Below, piece after piece: positions 10,646 to 19,177 of a stretch of DNA of 19,177 nucleotides (the stretch's first letter is position 1; each line of letters begins with the position of its first letter). This DNA is from a virus. Taxonomy: Duplodnaviria; Heunggongvirae; Uroviricota; Caudoviricetes. The stretch lies in the IMG/VR virus record IMGVR_UViG_638341196_000003; one strand, given 5' to 3'. A model generated the notes under the pieces. It did not search any database. It was not told where the DNA came from and saw only the letters and a program-made list of their open reading frames with translations. Position numbers and translations under genes: made by a program.

Positions 10646-10721
10646 TAGGTCTGACCAGCAACCTATTGATCAAAAAACCAAGATATTAGCTAAAAAAAAT
10701 CAGCATACTTGAGACCAAGCT

Positions 10722-10759
10722 CAATGTCCGCTCCTCGCTCAAAGCAGACTGTCAGATTT
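10722..10759. repeat. Copy 3 of the repeat family, inverted relative to copy 1, about 180 bp upstream of FI
   Basis: 10722-10759 matches the reverse complement of 1043-1080 at 31 of 38 positions by hand alignment. Confidence 0.5.
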
Positions 10760-10819
10760 GATAGCATTTGGGCTATGTAAATTGTCAGGCGGAAAATGAG
10801 TGAGTACAAATCAGGACAG

Positions 10820-10849
10820 GCGGGCGAATTGCCCGCATTTTCTTTATCT
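10820..10849 (+). terminator. Terminator-like hairpin (GCGGGC-GAATT-GCCCGC followed by ATTTTCTTTATCT) upstream of FI
   Basis: Perfect 6-bp GC stem with 5-nt loop and a T-rich tail on the + strand; could insulate the FI late operon from the cargo island. Confidence 0.35.
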
Positions 10850-10941
10850 GTTGTTTCATCCCCTGACCAGCCAGGTCAAATAGCGTCTCATGCTCTGCAC
10901 AACAGAAAATAGTTGCACCCATTAACCACGGAGTTAAACGG

Positions 10942-12132
10942 ATGAGTGACTATCATCACGGCGTGCAGGTGCTGGAGATTAACGACGGCACCCGCGTCAT
11001 TTCCACCGTATCCACGGCCATTGTCGGCATGGTCTGCACGGCCAGCGATGCAGATGCGGAAACCTTCCCCCTCAATAAACCGGTGCTGATTACCAATGTG
11101 CAGAGCGCAATTGCAAAGGCCGGTAAAAAAGGCACGCTGGCGGCGTCGTTACAGGCCATCGCTGACCAGTCAAAACCGGTCACCGTTGTTGTGCGCGTGG
11201 AAGACGGCACCGGCGACGACGAAGAAACGAAGCTCGCGCAGACCGTTTCCAATATCATCGGCACCACCGACGAAAACGGTCAGTACACCGGACTGAAAGC
11301 CCTGCTGGCGGCGGAGTCGGTAACCGGTGTTAAACCGCGCATTCTCGGTGTGCCGGGACTGGATACCAAAGAGGTGGCTGTTGCACTGGCATCAGTCTGT
11401 CAGAAGCTGCGCGCTTTCGGGTATATCAGCGCATGGGGCTGTAAAACCATTTCCGAGGTGAAAGCCTACCGCCAGAATTTCAGCCAGCGTGAGCTGATGG
11501 TCATCTGGCCGGATTTCCTCGCATGGGATACGGTCACCAGTACCACCTCCACCGCGTATGCCACCGCCCGTGCGCTGGGGCTGCGCGCTAAAATCGACCA
11601 GGAGCAGGGCTGGCATAAAACGCTGTCCAACGTCGGGGTGAACGGTGTTACCGGCATCAGCGCGTCCGTATTCTGGGATTTGCAGGAGTCCGGCACCGAT
11701 GCTGACCTGCTTAACGAGTCAGGCGTCACAACGCTGATTCGCCGTGACGGTTTCCGCTTCTGGGGTAACCGTACCTGCTCTGATGACCCGCTGTTCCTCT
11801 TTGAAAACTACACCCGCACCGCGCAGGTGCTGGCCGACACGATGGCTGAGGCGCACATGTGGGCGGTGGACAAGCCCATCACCGCAACGCTGATTCGCGA
11901 CATCGTTGACGGCATCAATGCCAAATTCCGTGAGCTGAAAACAAACGGCTATATCGTGGATGCGACCTGCTGGTTCAGCGAAGAATCCAACGATGCGGAA
12001 ACCCTCAAGGCCGGAAAACTGTATATCGACTACGACTATACACCGGTGCCTCCTCTCGAAAACCTGACCCTGCGCCAGCGTATTACCGATAAATACCAGG
12101 CAAATCTGGTCACCTCGGTTAACAGCAATTAA
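10942..12132 (+). CDS. FI: Contractile tail sheath protein (P2 gpFI-like)
   Basis: 396-aa ORF, same length as P2 FI; position and order match the P2 FI-FII-E-T-U-D cluster. Confidence 0.9.
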   Translation: MSDYHHGVQVLEINDGTRVISTVSTAIVGMVCTASDADAETFPLNKPVLITNVQSAIAKAGKKGTLAASLQAIADQSKPVTVVVRVEDGTGDDEETKLAQTVSNIIGTTDENGQYTGLKALLAAESVTGVKPRILGVPGLDTKEVAVALASVCQKLRAFGYISAWGCKTISEVKAYRQNFSQRELMVIWPDFLAWDTVTSTTSTAYATARALGLRAKIDQEQGWHKTLSNVGVNGVTGISASVFWDLQESGTDADLLNESGVTTLIRRDGFRFWGNRTCSDDPLFLFENYTRTAQVLADTMAEAHMWAVDKPITATLIRDIVDGINAKFRELKTNGYIVDATCWFSEESNDAETLKAGKLYIDYDYTPVPPLENLTLRQRITDKYQANLVTSVNSN

Positions 12133-12144
12133 GGAGCCTGACCG

Positions 12145-12662
12145 ATGGCAATGCCGCGCAAACTCAAGTTAATGAACGTCTTTCTGAACGGCTACAGCTA
12201 TCAGGGCGTTGCAAAGTCCGTCACGCTGCCAAAACTGACCCGTAAACTCGAAAACTATCGCGGTGCGGGGATGAACGGAAGCGCACCGGTAGACCTCGGC
12301 CTTGATGACGATGCGCTGTCAATGGAGTGGTCGCTCGGGGCTTCCCGGATTCGGTTATCTGGGAGCTCTACGCCGCAACCGGCGTGGATGCCGTACCGAT
12401 TCGTTTTGCTGGCTCTTACCAGCGCGACGATACCGGCGAAACGGTGGCCGTCGAGGTGGTCATGCGTGGCCGTCAGAAAGAAATCGACACCGGCGAGGGG
12501 AAACAGGGAGAAGACACCGAGTCGAAAATCTCCGTGGTCTGCACCTATTTCCGGCTGACGATGGACGGTAAGGAGCTGGTCGAAATCGACACCATCAACA
12601 TGATTGAGAAGGTGAACGGTGTCGACCGGCTGGAGCAACACCGCCGCAATATCGGCCTGTGA
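12145..12662 (+). pseudogene. FII: Tail tube protein (P2 gpFII-like), frame disrupted near 12337-12340
   Basis: N-terminal 62 codons in frame 1 (…LSMEWSLG), remainder in the overlapping frame (GFPDSVIWELYAAT…) of listed ORFs 12145-12558 and 12327-12662. The break sits in a G4 run where one more G would restore a ~172-aa protein. Confidence 0.6.
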
Positions 12663-12718
12663 TTTTCATCCGGTCAGCCAGGCTGACCGGTTAACCCTGA
12701 TTCAGAAGTGAGAAAACC

Positions 12719-12994
12719 ATGAACAAAGAAAATGTGATTACCCTGGACAATCCGGTCAAGCGTGGTGAGCAGGTTATCGAACAGGTCACGCTGATGAAAC
12801 CCAATGCCGGGACGCTGCGCGGTGTCAGTCTGGCTGCGGTCGCAAACTCCGAAGTCGATGCACTGATTAAGGTGCTGCCGCGCATGACGGCACCGATGCT
12901 GACCGAGCAGGAAGTCGCCGCGCTGGAACTGCCTGACCTTGTGGCGCTGGCCGGTAAGGTGGTCGGTTTTTTGTCGCCGAACTCGGTGCAGTAA
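12719..12994 (+). CDS. E: Tail assembly chaperone (P2 gpE-like)
   Basis: 91-aa ORF between the tube and tape measure genes; contains the slippery run GGTTTTTTG near its 3' end. Confidence 0.75.
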   Translation: MNKENVITLDNPVKRGEQVIEQVTLMKPNAGTLRGVSLAAVANSEVDALIKVLPRMTAPMLTEQEVAALELPDLVALAGKVVGFLSPNSVQ

Positions 12995-13146
12995 CGTTCC
13001 CGAAAAATCTGTCGGTCGATGAGCTGATGGCGGATGTGGCAGTGATATTTCACTGGCCGCCATCAGAACTGTATCCCATGAGTCTGACCGAACTCATCAC
13101 ATGGCGCGAAAAGGCGCTCCGGCGAAGCGGAAACACGAATGAGTAA
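12719..13146 (+). CDS. Tail assembly chaperone frameshift product (P2 gpE+E'-like) made by programmed -1 frameshift
   Basis: From the T6G run at 12967-12973 the -1 frame stays open to a stop at 13144-13146 (…FFVAELGAVTFPKNLSVDELMADVAVIFHWPPSELYPMSLTELITWREKALRRSGNTNE), overlapping the tape measure start. Confidence 0.55.
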
Positions 13147-15586
13147 CAATGTAAAATTACAGGTATTGCTCAGGGCTGTTGACCAGGCATCCCGCCCGTT
13201 TAAATCCATCCGCACAGCGAGCAAGTCGCTGTCGGGGGATATCCGGGAAACACAAAAATCACTGCGCGAGCTGAACGGTCACGCATCCCGTATTGAGGGA
13301 TTTCGCAAGACCAGTGCACAGCTCGCCGTGACTGGTCATGCACTTGAAAAGGCACGGCAGGAGGCCGAAGCCCTTGCCACACAGTTTAAAAACACCGAAC
13401 GTCCCACCCGTGCTCAGGCGAAAGTGCTGGAATCCGCAAAGCGTGCGGCGGAGGACTTACAGGCGAAATATAACCGCCTGACGGATTCCGTTAAACGCCA
13501 GCAGCGGGAACTGGCCGCTGTGGGAATTAATACCCGCAATCTTGCACATGATGAGCAGGGACTGAAAAACCGTATCAGTGAAACCACCGCACAACTTAAC
13601 CGTCAGCGCGACGCGCTGGCGCGTGTCAGTGCGCAACAGGCAAAACTTAACGCAGTAAAACAGCGTTATCAGGCCGGAAAGGAACTGGCCGGAAATATGG
13701 CCTCAGTAGGCGCTGCCGGTGTGGGGATTGCGGCGGCGGGAACGATGGCCGGAGTTAAGTTGCTGATGCCCGGTTATGAGTTTGCGCAGAAAAACTCAGA
13801 ATTGCAGGCCGTGCTAGGAGTGGCAAAAGACTCCGCCGAAATGGCCGCGCTACGCAAGCAGGCGCGCCAGCTCGGTGACAATACCGCCGCCTCAGCGGAT
13901 GATGCGGCCGGTGCGCAGATTATCATTGCGAAAGCGGGTGGAGATGTTGATGCCATTCAGGCGGCAACGCCGGTCACGCTGAATATGGCGCTGGCGAACC
14001 GCCGCACGATGGAAGAAAACGCCGCCCTGCTGATGGGGATGAAATCCGCCTTTCAGCTTTCAAACGATAAGGTTGCTCATATCGGGGATGTTCTCTCCAT
14101 GACGATGAACAAAACCGCCGCCGATTTTGACGGCATGAGCGATGCGCTGACCTATGCCGCACCTGTGGCAAAAAATGCCGGTGTCAGCATTGAAGAAACC
14201 GCCGCAATGGTCGGGGCACTGCATGATGCAAAAATTACCGGTTCAATGGCGGGGACGGGAAGCCGTGCCGTGTTAAGCCGCCTGCAGGCACCGACGGGAA
14301 AAGCATGGGATGCACTGAAAGAGCTTGGTGTGAAAACCTCAGACAGCAAGGGAAACACCCGGCCAGTATTTACCATTCTGAAAGAAATGCAGGCCAGTTT
14401 TGATAAAAACCGGCTCGGTACTGCCCAGCAGGCTGAATACATGAAAACCATTTTCGGGGAGGAGGCCAGCTCAGCCGCTGCTGTGCTGATGACTGCCGCC
14501 TCAACCGGAAGGCTGGACAAACTGACCGCTGCGTTTAAAGCCTCAGACGGGAAGACCGCGGAGCTGGTAAATATCATGCAGGACAACCTCGGCGGTGACT
14601 TTAAGGAGTTTCAGTCCGCTTATGAGGCGGTAGGGACTGACCTGTTTGACCAGCAGGAAGGCGCGCTGCGTAAGCTCACGCAGACGGCCACAAAGTATGT
14701 GTTAAAACTCGACGGCTGGATACAGAAAAACAAATCACTGGCGTCAACTATCGGCCTCATTGCCGGTGGCGCACTGGTGCTGACTGGCATCATCGGTGCC
14801 ATTGGTCTTGTAGCCTGGCCGGTTATCACCGGCATCAATGCCATTATCGCGGCAGCAGGCGCAATGGGGGCAATCTTCACGACGGTTGGCAGTGCTGTTA
14901 TGACGGCCATCGGGGCGATTAGCTGGCCGGTTGTGGCCGTGGTGGCCGCCATTGTCGCCGGGGCGTTGCTTATCCGTAAATACTGGGAGCCTGTCAGCGT
15001 ATTCTTCGGCGGTGTGGTTGAAGGGCTGAAAGCGGCATTTGCGCCGGTGGGGGAACTGTTCACGCCACTTAAGCCGGTGTTTGACTGGCTGGGTGAAAAG
15101 TTACAGGCCGCGTGGCAGTGGTTTAAAAACCTGATTGCACCGGTCAAAGCCACCCAGGACACCCTGAACCGTTGCCGTGACACGGGCGTCATGTTCGGGC
15201 AGGCACTGGCTGACGCGCTGATGCTGCCGCTTAATGCGTTCAACAAACTGCGCAGCGGTATTGACTGGGTACTGGAAAAACTCGGCGTCATCAACAAAGA
15301 GTCAGACACACTTGACCAGACCGCCGCCAGAACTCATGCCGCCACGTATGGCACCGGTGGTTATATTCCGGCGACCAGCTCTTATGCAGGCTATCAGGCT
15401 TATCAGCCGGTCACGGCACCGGCTGGCCGCTCTTATGTGGACCAGAGTAAAAACGAATATCACATCAGCCTGACCGGTGGTACTGCGCCGGGGACACAGC
15501 TTGACCGCCAGTTACAGGATGCGCTCGAAAAATACGAGCGGGATAAACGAGCGCGCGCCCGTGCCAGCATGATGCATGACGGTTAA
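13139..15586 (+). CDS. T: Tail tape measure protein (P2 gpT-like)
   Basis: 815-aa ORF, Ala/Gly-rich with predicted coiled-coil and hydrophobic segments; same length and position as P2 T. Confidence 0.9.
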   Translation: MSNNVKLQVLLRAVDQASRPFKSIRTASKSLSGDIRETQKSLRELNGHASRIEGFRKTSAQLAVTGHALEKARQEAEALATQFKNTERPTRAQAKVLESAKRAAEDLQAKYNRLTDSVKRQQRELAAVGINTRNLAHDEQGLKNRISETTAQLNRQRDALARVSAQQAKLNAVKQRYQAGKELAGNMASVGAAGVGIAAAGTMAGVKLLMPGYEFAQKNSELQAVLGVAKDSAEMAALRKQARQLGDNTAASADDAAGAQIIIAKAGGDVDAIQAATPVTLNMALANRRTMEENAALLMGMKSAFQLSNDKVAHIGDVLSMTMNKTAADFDGMSDALTYAAPVAKNAGVSIEETAAMVGALHDAKITGSMAGTGSRAVLSRLQAPTGKAWDALKELGVKTSDSKGNTRPVFTILKEMQASFDKNRLGTAQQAEYMKTIFGEEASSAAAVLMTAASTGRLDKLTAAFKASDGKTAELVNIMQDNLGGDFKEFQSAYEAVGTDLFDQQEGALRKLTQTATKYVLKLDGWIQKNKSLASTIGLIAGGALVLTGIIGAIGLVAWPVITGINAIIAAAGAMGAIFTTVGSAVMTAIGAISWPVVAVVAAIVAGALLIRKYWEPVSVFFGGVVEGLKAAFAPVGELFTPLKPVFDWLGEKLQAAWQWFKNLIAPVKATQDTLNRCRDTGVMFGQALADALMLPLNAFNKLRSGIDWVLEKLGVINKESDTLDQTAARTHAATYGTGGYIPATSSYAGYQAYQPVTAPAGRSYVDQSKNEYHISLTGGTAPGTQLDRQLQDALEKYERDKRARARASMMHDG

Positions 15587-15600
15587 GGAGGTGACGAAAA

Positions 15601-16080
15601 ATGATGCTCGCGTTAGGTATGTTTGTTTTTATGCGCCAGACGCTGCCACATCAGACCATGCAGCGTGAATCAGATTATCGCTGGCCGTCAAATTCCCGTA
15701 TCGGTAAACGGGATGCCTATCAGTTTCTCGGTGTAGGTGAGGAGAACATCACACTTGCCGGTGTGCTTTATCCCGAACTGACTGGCGGAAAGCTGACGAT
15801 GACCACGCTCAGACTGATGGCAGAGGAAGGCCGGGCGTGGCCGTTGCTGGATGGCACCGGCATGATTTACGACATGTATGTCATCAGCAAGGTGAGTGAA
15901 ACAGGGAGTATTTTCTTTGCAGACGGCACACCCCGGAAAATTGATTTTACGCTGTCGCTCACCCGCGTTGATGAGTCACTGGCCGCGCTTTATGGCGATA
16001 TCGGTAAACAGGCGGAATCGCTCATCGGTAAGGCTGGCAGTATGGCGACTAAATTCACGGGTATGACGGGGGCGGGATAA
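15601..16080 (+). CDS. U: Tail protein (P2 gpU-like)
   Basis: 159-aa ORF after T; stop overlaps the next start (TAATG) as in P2 U-D. Confidence 0.8.
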   Translation: MMLALGMFVFMRQTLPHQTMQRESDYRWPSNSRIGKRDAYQFLGVGEENITLAGVLYPELTGGKLTMTTLRLMAEEGRAWPLLDGTGMIYDMYVISKVSETGSIFFADGTPRKIDFTLSLTRVDESLAALYGDIGKQAESLIGKAGSMATKFTGMTGAG

Positions 16081-17243
16081 TGCTGGATGCGCTGACATTT
16101 GATGCAGGCAGTACGCTGACGCCGGATTACATGCTGATGCTCGACAGCAGGGATATTACCGGCAATATCAGCGACCGTCTGATGAGCATGACCCTGACGG
16201 ATAACCGGGGCTTTGAGGCTGACCAGCTTGATATTGAACTGAACGATGCCGACGGGCAGGTCGGGCTGCCGGTTCGTGGCGCTGTCCTGACGGTGTATAT
16301 CGGCTGGAAAGGTTTTGCCCTGGTATGCAAAGGGAAATTTACCGTTGATGAGGTTGAACACCGGGGCGCACCGGATGTGGTCACCATCCGCGCCCGGAGT
16401 GCAGATTTTCGCGGGACGCTCAATTCCCGCCGGGAAGGCTCATGGCATGACACCACGCTCGGTGCGATTGTTGAGGCGATAGCCTCCCGGAACAGGCTGG
16501 AAGCCAGTGTCGCTCCGTCACTGGCCGGAATTAAAATTCCGCACATCGACCAGTCGCAGGAGTCTGATGCGAAATTCCTGACCCGCCTTGCTGAACGCAA
16601 CGGCGGTGAGGTGTCGGTAAAAATGGGAAAACTGCTGTTTCTCAAAGCGGGGCAGGGGGTGACGGCCAGCGGTAAAAAAATCCCGCAGATTACCATCACC
16701 CGCAGCGACGGCGACCGTCATCATTTTGCGATTGCTGACCGTGGAGCCTACACCGGCGTAATGGCAAAGTGGTTACACACCAAAGACCCGAAGCCACAAA
16801 AGCAGAAGATAAAACTGAAACGCAAAAAGAAAGAGAAACACCTGCGCGCACCGGAGCACCCGAAAGCGAAACCGGTCAGGCAGAAGAAAGCGCCTAAAGT
16901 ACCGGAAGCGCGCGAAGGTGAATACATGGCCGGTGAGGCTGATAACGTTTTTGCCCTGACTACGGTATATGCCACAAAAGCGCAGGCCATGCGCGCCGCT
17001 CAGGCGAAGTGGGATAAGCTGCAACGGGGCGTGGCGGAGTTCTCCATCAGTCTGGCTACTGGTCGGGCAGATATTTACACGGAAACGCCGGTCAAAGTGT
17101 CAGGTTTTAAGCGCGTCATAGACGAGCAGGACTGGACAATCACTAAGGTGACACACTTTCTGAATAATAGCGGCTTCACGACGTCCTTAGAGCTTGAGGT
17201 CAGGCTTTCTGATGTGGAGTACGAAACAGAAGGTGATGAGTAA
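16080..17243 (+). CDS. D: Tail protein D (P2 gpD-like)
   Basis: 387-aa ORF with a Lys-rich internal segment (KPQKQKIKLKRKKKEK), same length and position as P2 D. Confidence 0.85.
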   Translation: MLDALTFDAGSTLTPDYMLMLDSRDITGNISDRLMSMTLTDNRGFEADQLDIELNDADGQVGLPVRGAVLTVYIGWKGFALVCKGKFTVDEVEHRGAPDVVTIRARSADFRGTLNSRREGSWHDTTLGAIVEAIASRNRLEASVAPSLAGIKIPHIDQSQESDAKFLTRLAERNGGEVSVKMGKLLFLKAGQGVTASGKKIPQITITRSDGDRHHFAIADRGAYTGVMAKWLHTKDPKPQKQKIKLKRKKKEKHLRAPEHPKAKPVRQKKAPKVPEAREGEYMAGEADNVFALTTVYATKAQAMRAAQAKWDKLQRGVAEFSISLATGRADIYTETPVKVSGFKRVIDEQDWTITKVTHFLNNSGFTTSLELEVRLSDVEYETEGDE

Positions 17244-17324
17244 TGTTTTGTTTTTATCTGTTTGTTTTATAAGGGTAAATTAACTAAAATGGCACCATCA
17301 ACAAAACCGGAAGAGGTGCTCGCG

Positions 17325-17543
17325 ATGTTTCATTGTCCTTTATGCCAGCATGCCGCACATGCGCGTACAAGCCGCTATATCACTGACACGACAAAAGAGC
17401 GTTATCACCAGTGTCAGAACGTGAATTGCAGTGCCACGTTCATCACTTATGAGTCGGTACAGCGATACATCGTGAAGCCGGGAGAAGTCCACGCCGTAAG
17501 GCCGCACCCGTTGCCATCAGGGCAGCAAATTATGTGGATGTAA
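17325..17543 (+). CDS. ogr: Late-gene transcription activator Ogr (zinc-finger protein)
   Basis: 72-aa product MFHCPLCQHAAHARTSRYITDTTKERYHQCQNVNCSATF... with the Cys4 motif; begins at the third Met of listed ORF 17262-17543. Confidence 0.85.
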   Translation: MFHCPLCQHAAHARTSRYITDTTKERYHQCQNVNCSATFITYESVQRYIVKPGEVHAVRPHPLPSGQQIMWM

Positions 17544-17556
17544 TTACAAACAGAAA

Positions 17557-17582
17557 GCCCCTCAGTCGAGGGGCTTTTTTGT
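17557..17582 (+). terminator. Intrinsic terminator after ogr (GCCCCTC-AGTC-GAGGGGC followed by TTTTTTGT)
   Basis: Perfect 7-bp GC-rich stem, 4-nt loop, T6 tract 14 nt after the ogr stop. Confidence 0.6.
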
Positions 17583-17644
17583 CGATGTGGTCAATGTGTG
17601 GACGTGACCAGAAATAAATCCTTTTATTTCAATTTATTGTACGT

Positions 17645-17671
17645 AAAAAATAAGCCCGTGTAAGGGAGATT
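17645..17671. other. Probable prophage right attachment-site core (AAAAAATAAGCCCGTGTAAGGGAGATT) overlapping the cyaR 3' end
   Basis: The 27-nt string matches the P2 att core as I recall it and sits between the ogr terminator and the body of cyaR; recollection only, not verified. Confidence 0.45.
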
Positions 17672-17731
17672 ACACAGGCTAAGGAGGTGGTTCCTGGTAC
17701 AGCTAGCATTTTATGGGTTATGTTTTTCAGC
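17645..17731 (-). ncRNA. cyaR: CyaR (RyeE) Hfq-dependent small RNA
   Basis: Reverse complement reads GCUGAAAAACAUAACCCAUAAAAUGCUAGCUGUACCAGGAACCACCUCCUUAGCCUGUGUAAUCUCCCUUACACGGGCUUAUUUUUU, an 87-nt RNA with terminator hairpin and U-tract; lies between ogr and yegQ as in E. coli K-12. Confidence 0.85.
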
Positions 17732-17738
17732 GAAACGG

Positions 17739-17781
17739 ATGATAACCTTAATAAATGCAACTGTATGTGATCGGTTTCTAA
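17739..17781 (-). promoter_or_regulatory. cyaR promoter: -10 hexamer TATCAT (17739-17744) and a class II CRP half-site pair TGTGA-N6-TCTAA (17766-17781)
   Basis: -10 lies 8-13 nt upstream of the inferred 5' end at 17731; CRP-like site is centred about 42 nt upstream, consistent with known CRP dependence of cyaR. Confidence 0.5.
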
Positions 17782-17815
17782 GAATTTTCCATCCGGGAAA
17801 AATAATCGAAATTAA

Positions 17816-19177
17816 TCACTTACCGTGGGGGTTACGCGTGGTTTCCCCGGAGAAATTACGCATTAGCAGCGCGTAATTTAGCTCAAGATCCTGCGGGACC
17901 GGGAGCCACACAGTATAACCATCGCCTGGTGCGACCGGCATAGCTTCGCCTTTGGCGTTTTCCATGTGCTCAAGGGTAAAGTTAATGTTGCCTTGCGGCG
18001 TCATCAGCTCAAGACTGTCGCCAACGGAGAATTTATTTTTCACCGCTACCGCTGCGAGGTCCCCCTTGCGCTCACCGGTAAACTCACCAACAAACTGCTG
18101 GCGGTCAGAAACTGAATAACCGTATTCGTAGTTCTGATAATCGTCGTGAGTATGACGACGCAGGAAACCTTCGGTATAGCCACGATGCGCCAGACCTTCC
18201 AGAGTTTCCAGCAGGCTGGTATCGAACGGTTTTCCCGCAGCGGCGTCATCGATAGCTTTGCGGTAAACCTGTGCGGTGCGTGCGCAATAGTAGAAAGATT
18301 TGGTACGACCTTCGATTTTCAGCGAATGCACGCCCATTTTGGTCAGGCGTTCTACATGGGCGATGGCGCGCAGATCTTTCGAGTTCATGATGTAAGTGCC
18401 GTGCTCATCTTCAAACGCGGTCATATACTCGCCCGGACGCTGGGCCTCTTCGATCATAAACACTTTGTCGGTTGGCGCGCCGATACCCAGCGTCGGCTCA
18501 ACATTTTGCACCGGAATCGGCTCGTACTTGTGTACGATGTTGCCAACGTCATCTTCTTTCCCTTCCTGGACGTTGTACTCCCAGCGGCAGGCGTTGGTGC
18601 AGGTACCCTGGTTCGGATCGCGCTTGTTGATATAGCCAGAGAGCAGGCAGCGACCGGAGTAGGCCATGCACAGTGCGCCGTGAACGAAGATCTCGATCTC
18701 CATATCCGGCACCTGATTGCGGATCTCTTCAATCTCTTCAAGCGACAGCTCGCGAGAGAGGATCACGCGGGTCAGGCCCATTTGCTGCCAGAATTTCACC
18801 GTCGCCCAGTTTACGGCGTTAGCCTGCACCGAGAGGTGGATCGGCATTTCAGGGAAGTGCTCACGCACCAGCATAATCAGCCCTGGATCGGACATAATCA
18901 GCGCATCCGGCCCCATTTCCACCACCGGTTTCAGGTCACGGATAAAGGTTTTCAGCTTGGCGTTGTGCGGTGCAATGTTGACCACGACATAAAACTTTTT
19001 CCCCAGCGCGTGGGCTTCATTGATGCCGAGCTGAAGATTTTCGTGGTTGAATTCGTTGTTGCGCACACGTAGGGAGTAACGCGGCTGGCCCGCATAAACA
19101 GCATCTGCGCCATAAGCGAAAGCGTAACGCATATTTTTCAGCGTTCCCGCCGGGGAAAGGAGTTCCGGTTTAAACAT
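17816..19177 (-). CDS. yegQ: Peptidase U32-family protein YegQ (TrhP, tRNA hydroxylation)
   Basis: 453-aa ORF MFKPELLSPAGTLKNMRYAFAYGADAVYAGQPRYSLRVRNNEF... with conserved Cys residues; start codon at the window edge (19175-19177). Confidence 0.9.
   Translation of the reverse strand: MFKPELLSPAGTLKNMRYAFAYGADAVYAGQPRYSLRVRNNEFNHENLQLGINEAHALGKKFYVVVNIAPHNAKLKTFIRDLKPVVEMGPDALIMSDPGLIMLVREHFPEMPIHLSVQANAVNWATVKFWQQMGLTRVILSRELSLEEIEEIRNQVPDMEIEIFVHGALCMAYSGRCLLSGYINKRDPNQGTCTNACRWEYNVQEGKEDDVGNIVHKYEPIPVQNVEPTLGIGAPTDKVFMIEEAQRPGEYMTAFEDEHGTYIMNSKDLRAIAHVERLTKMGVHSLKIEGRTKSFYYCARTAQVYRKAIDDAAAGKPFDTSLLETLEGLAHRGYTEGFLRRHTHDDYQNYEYGYSVSDRQQFVGEFTGERKGDLAAVAVKNKFSVGDSLELMTPQGNINFTLEHMENAKGEAMPVAPGDGYTVWLPVPQDLELNYALLMRNFSGETTRNPHGK

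Noticed and set aside
9660-10712. ORFs 9660-10166, 9815-10162, 10276-10467 and 10431-10712 overlapping IS630
   Set aside because: Antisense or out-of-frame to the IS630 transposase; IS630 encodes a single transposase and these have no independent support.
10884-10901. Candidate Ogr-dependent late promoter element (TGT-N12-ACA) upstream of FI
   Set aside because: Only a one-mismatch version (CGT-N12-ACA) was found and its spacing from the FI start is uncertain; not enough to call a promoter.
13774-15309. Several minus-strand ORFs (13774-13956, 13974-14171, 14152-14586, 14620-15309) inside the tape measure gene
   Set aside because: They lie antisense within a long GC-rich, Ala-rich coding region that matches P2 T in length; such shadow ORFs are expected by chance and have no start or ribosome-binding-site context.
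18146-19072. 308-aa + strand ORF antisense to yegQ, plus smaller ORFs 18396-18635, 18454-18741, 18717-18992
   Set aside because: They are fully contained in the well-supported yegQ coding region on the other strand, with low-complexity His/Arg-rich translations typical of antisense frames.

Overview
This window looks like an Escherichia/Shigella chromosome segment covering the right arm of a P2-like prophage, its junction with the host at the sRNA gene cyaR, and the host gene yegQ. All identifications are from reading the sequence and the ORF translations; no database search was run. Phage genes run in P2 order on the + strand: tail fiber (C-terminal part, 1-471), tail fiber assembly G (475-1002), then sheath FI, tube FII (frameshifted), E/E+E', tape measure T, U, D and ogr (10942-17543). 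The G-FI interval (1003-10941), which is the Z/fun cargo position in P2, holds five insertion sequences with identifiable target-site duplications: IS2, an IS10-like element, an IS911-like element carrying a nested IS30, and IS630. Between them sit three non-phage ORFs: an intact 227-aa membrane-anchored protein with its own promoter and terminator, an intact AT-rich 261-aa protein, and a 250-aa HNH-like gene that can be rebuilt in frame across the IS911-like insertion. These three cargo genes are the best candidates for an undescribed accessory or defence function, but I cannot assign any of them to a known family. A ~30-38 bp repeat occurs three times (after G, mid-island, and inverted just before FI), bracketing the cargo.
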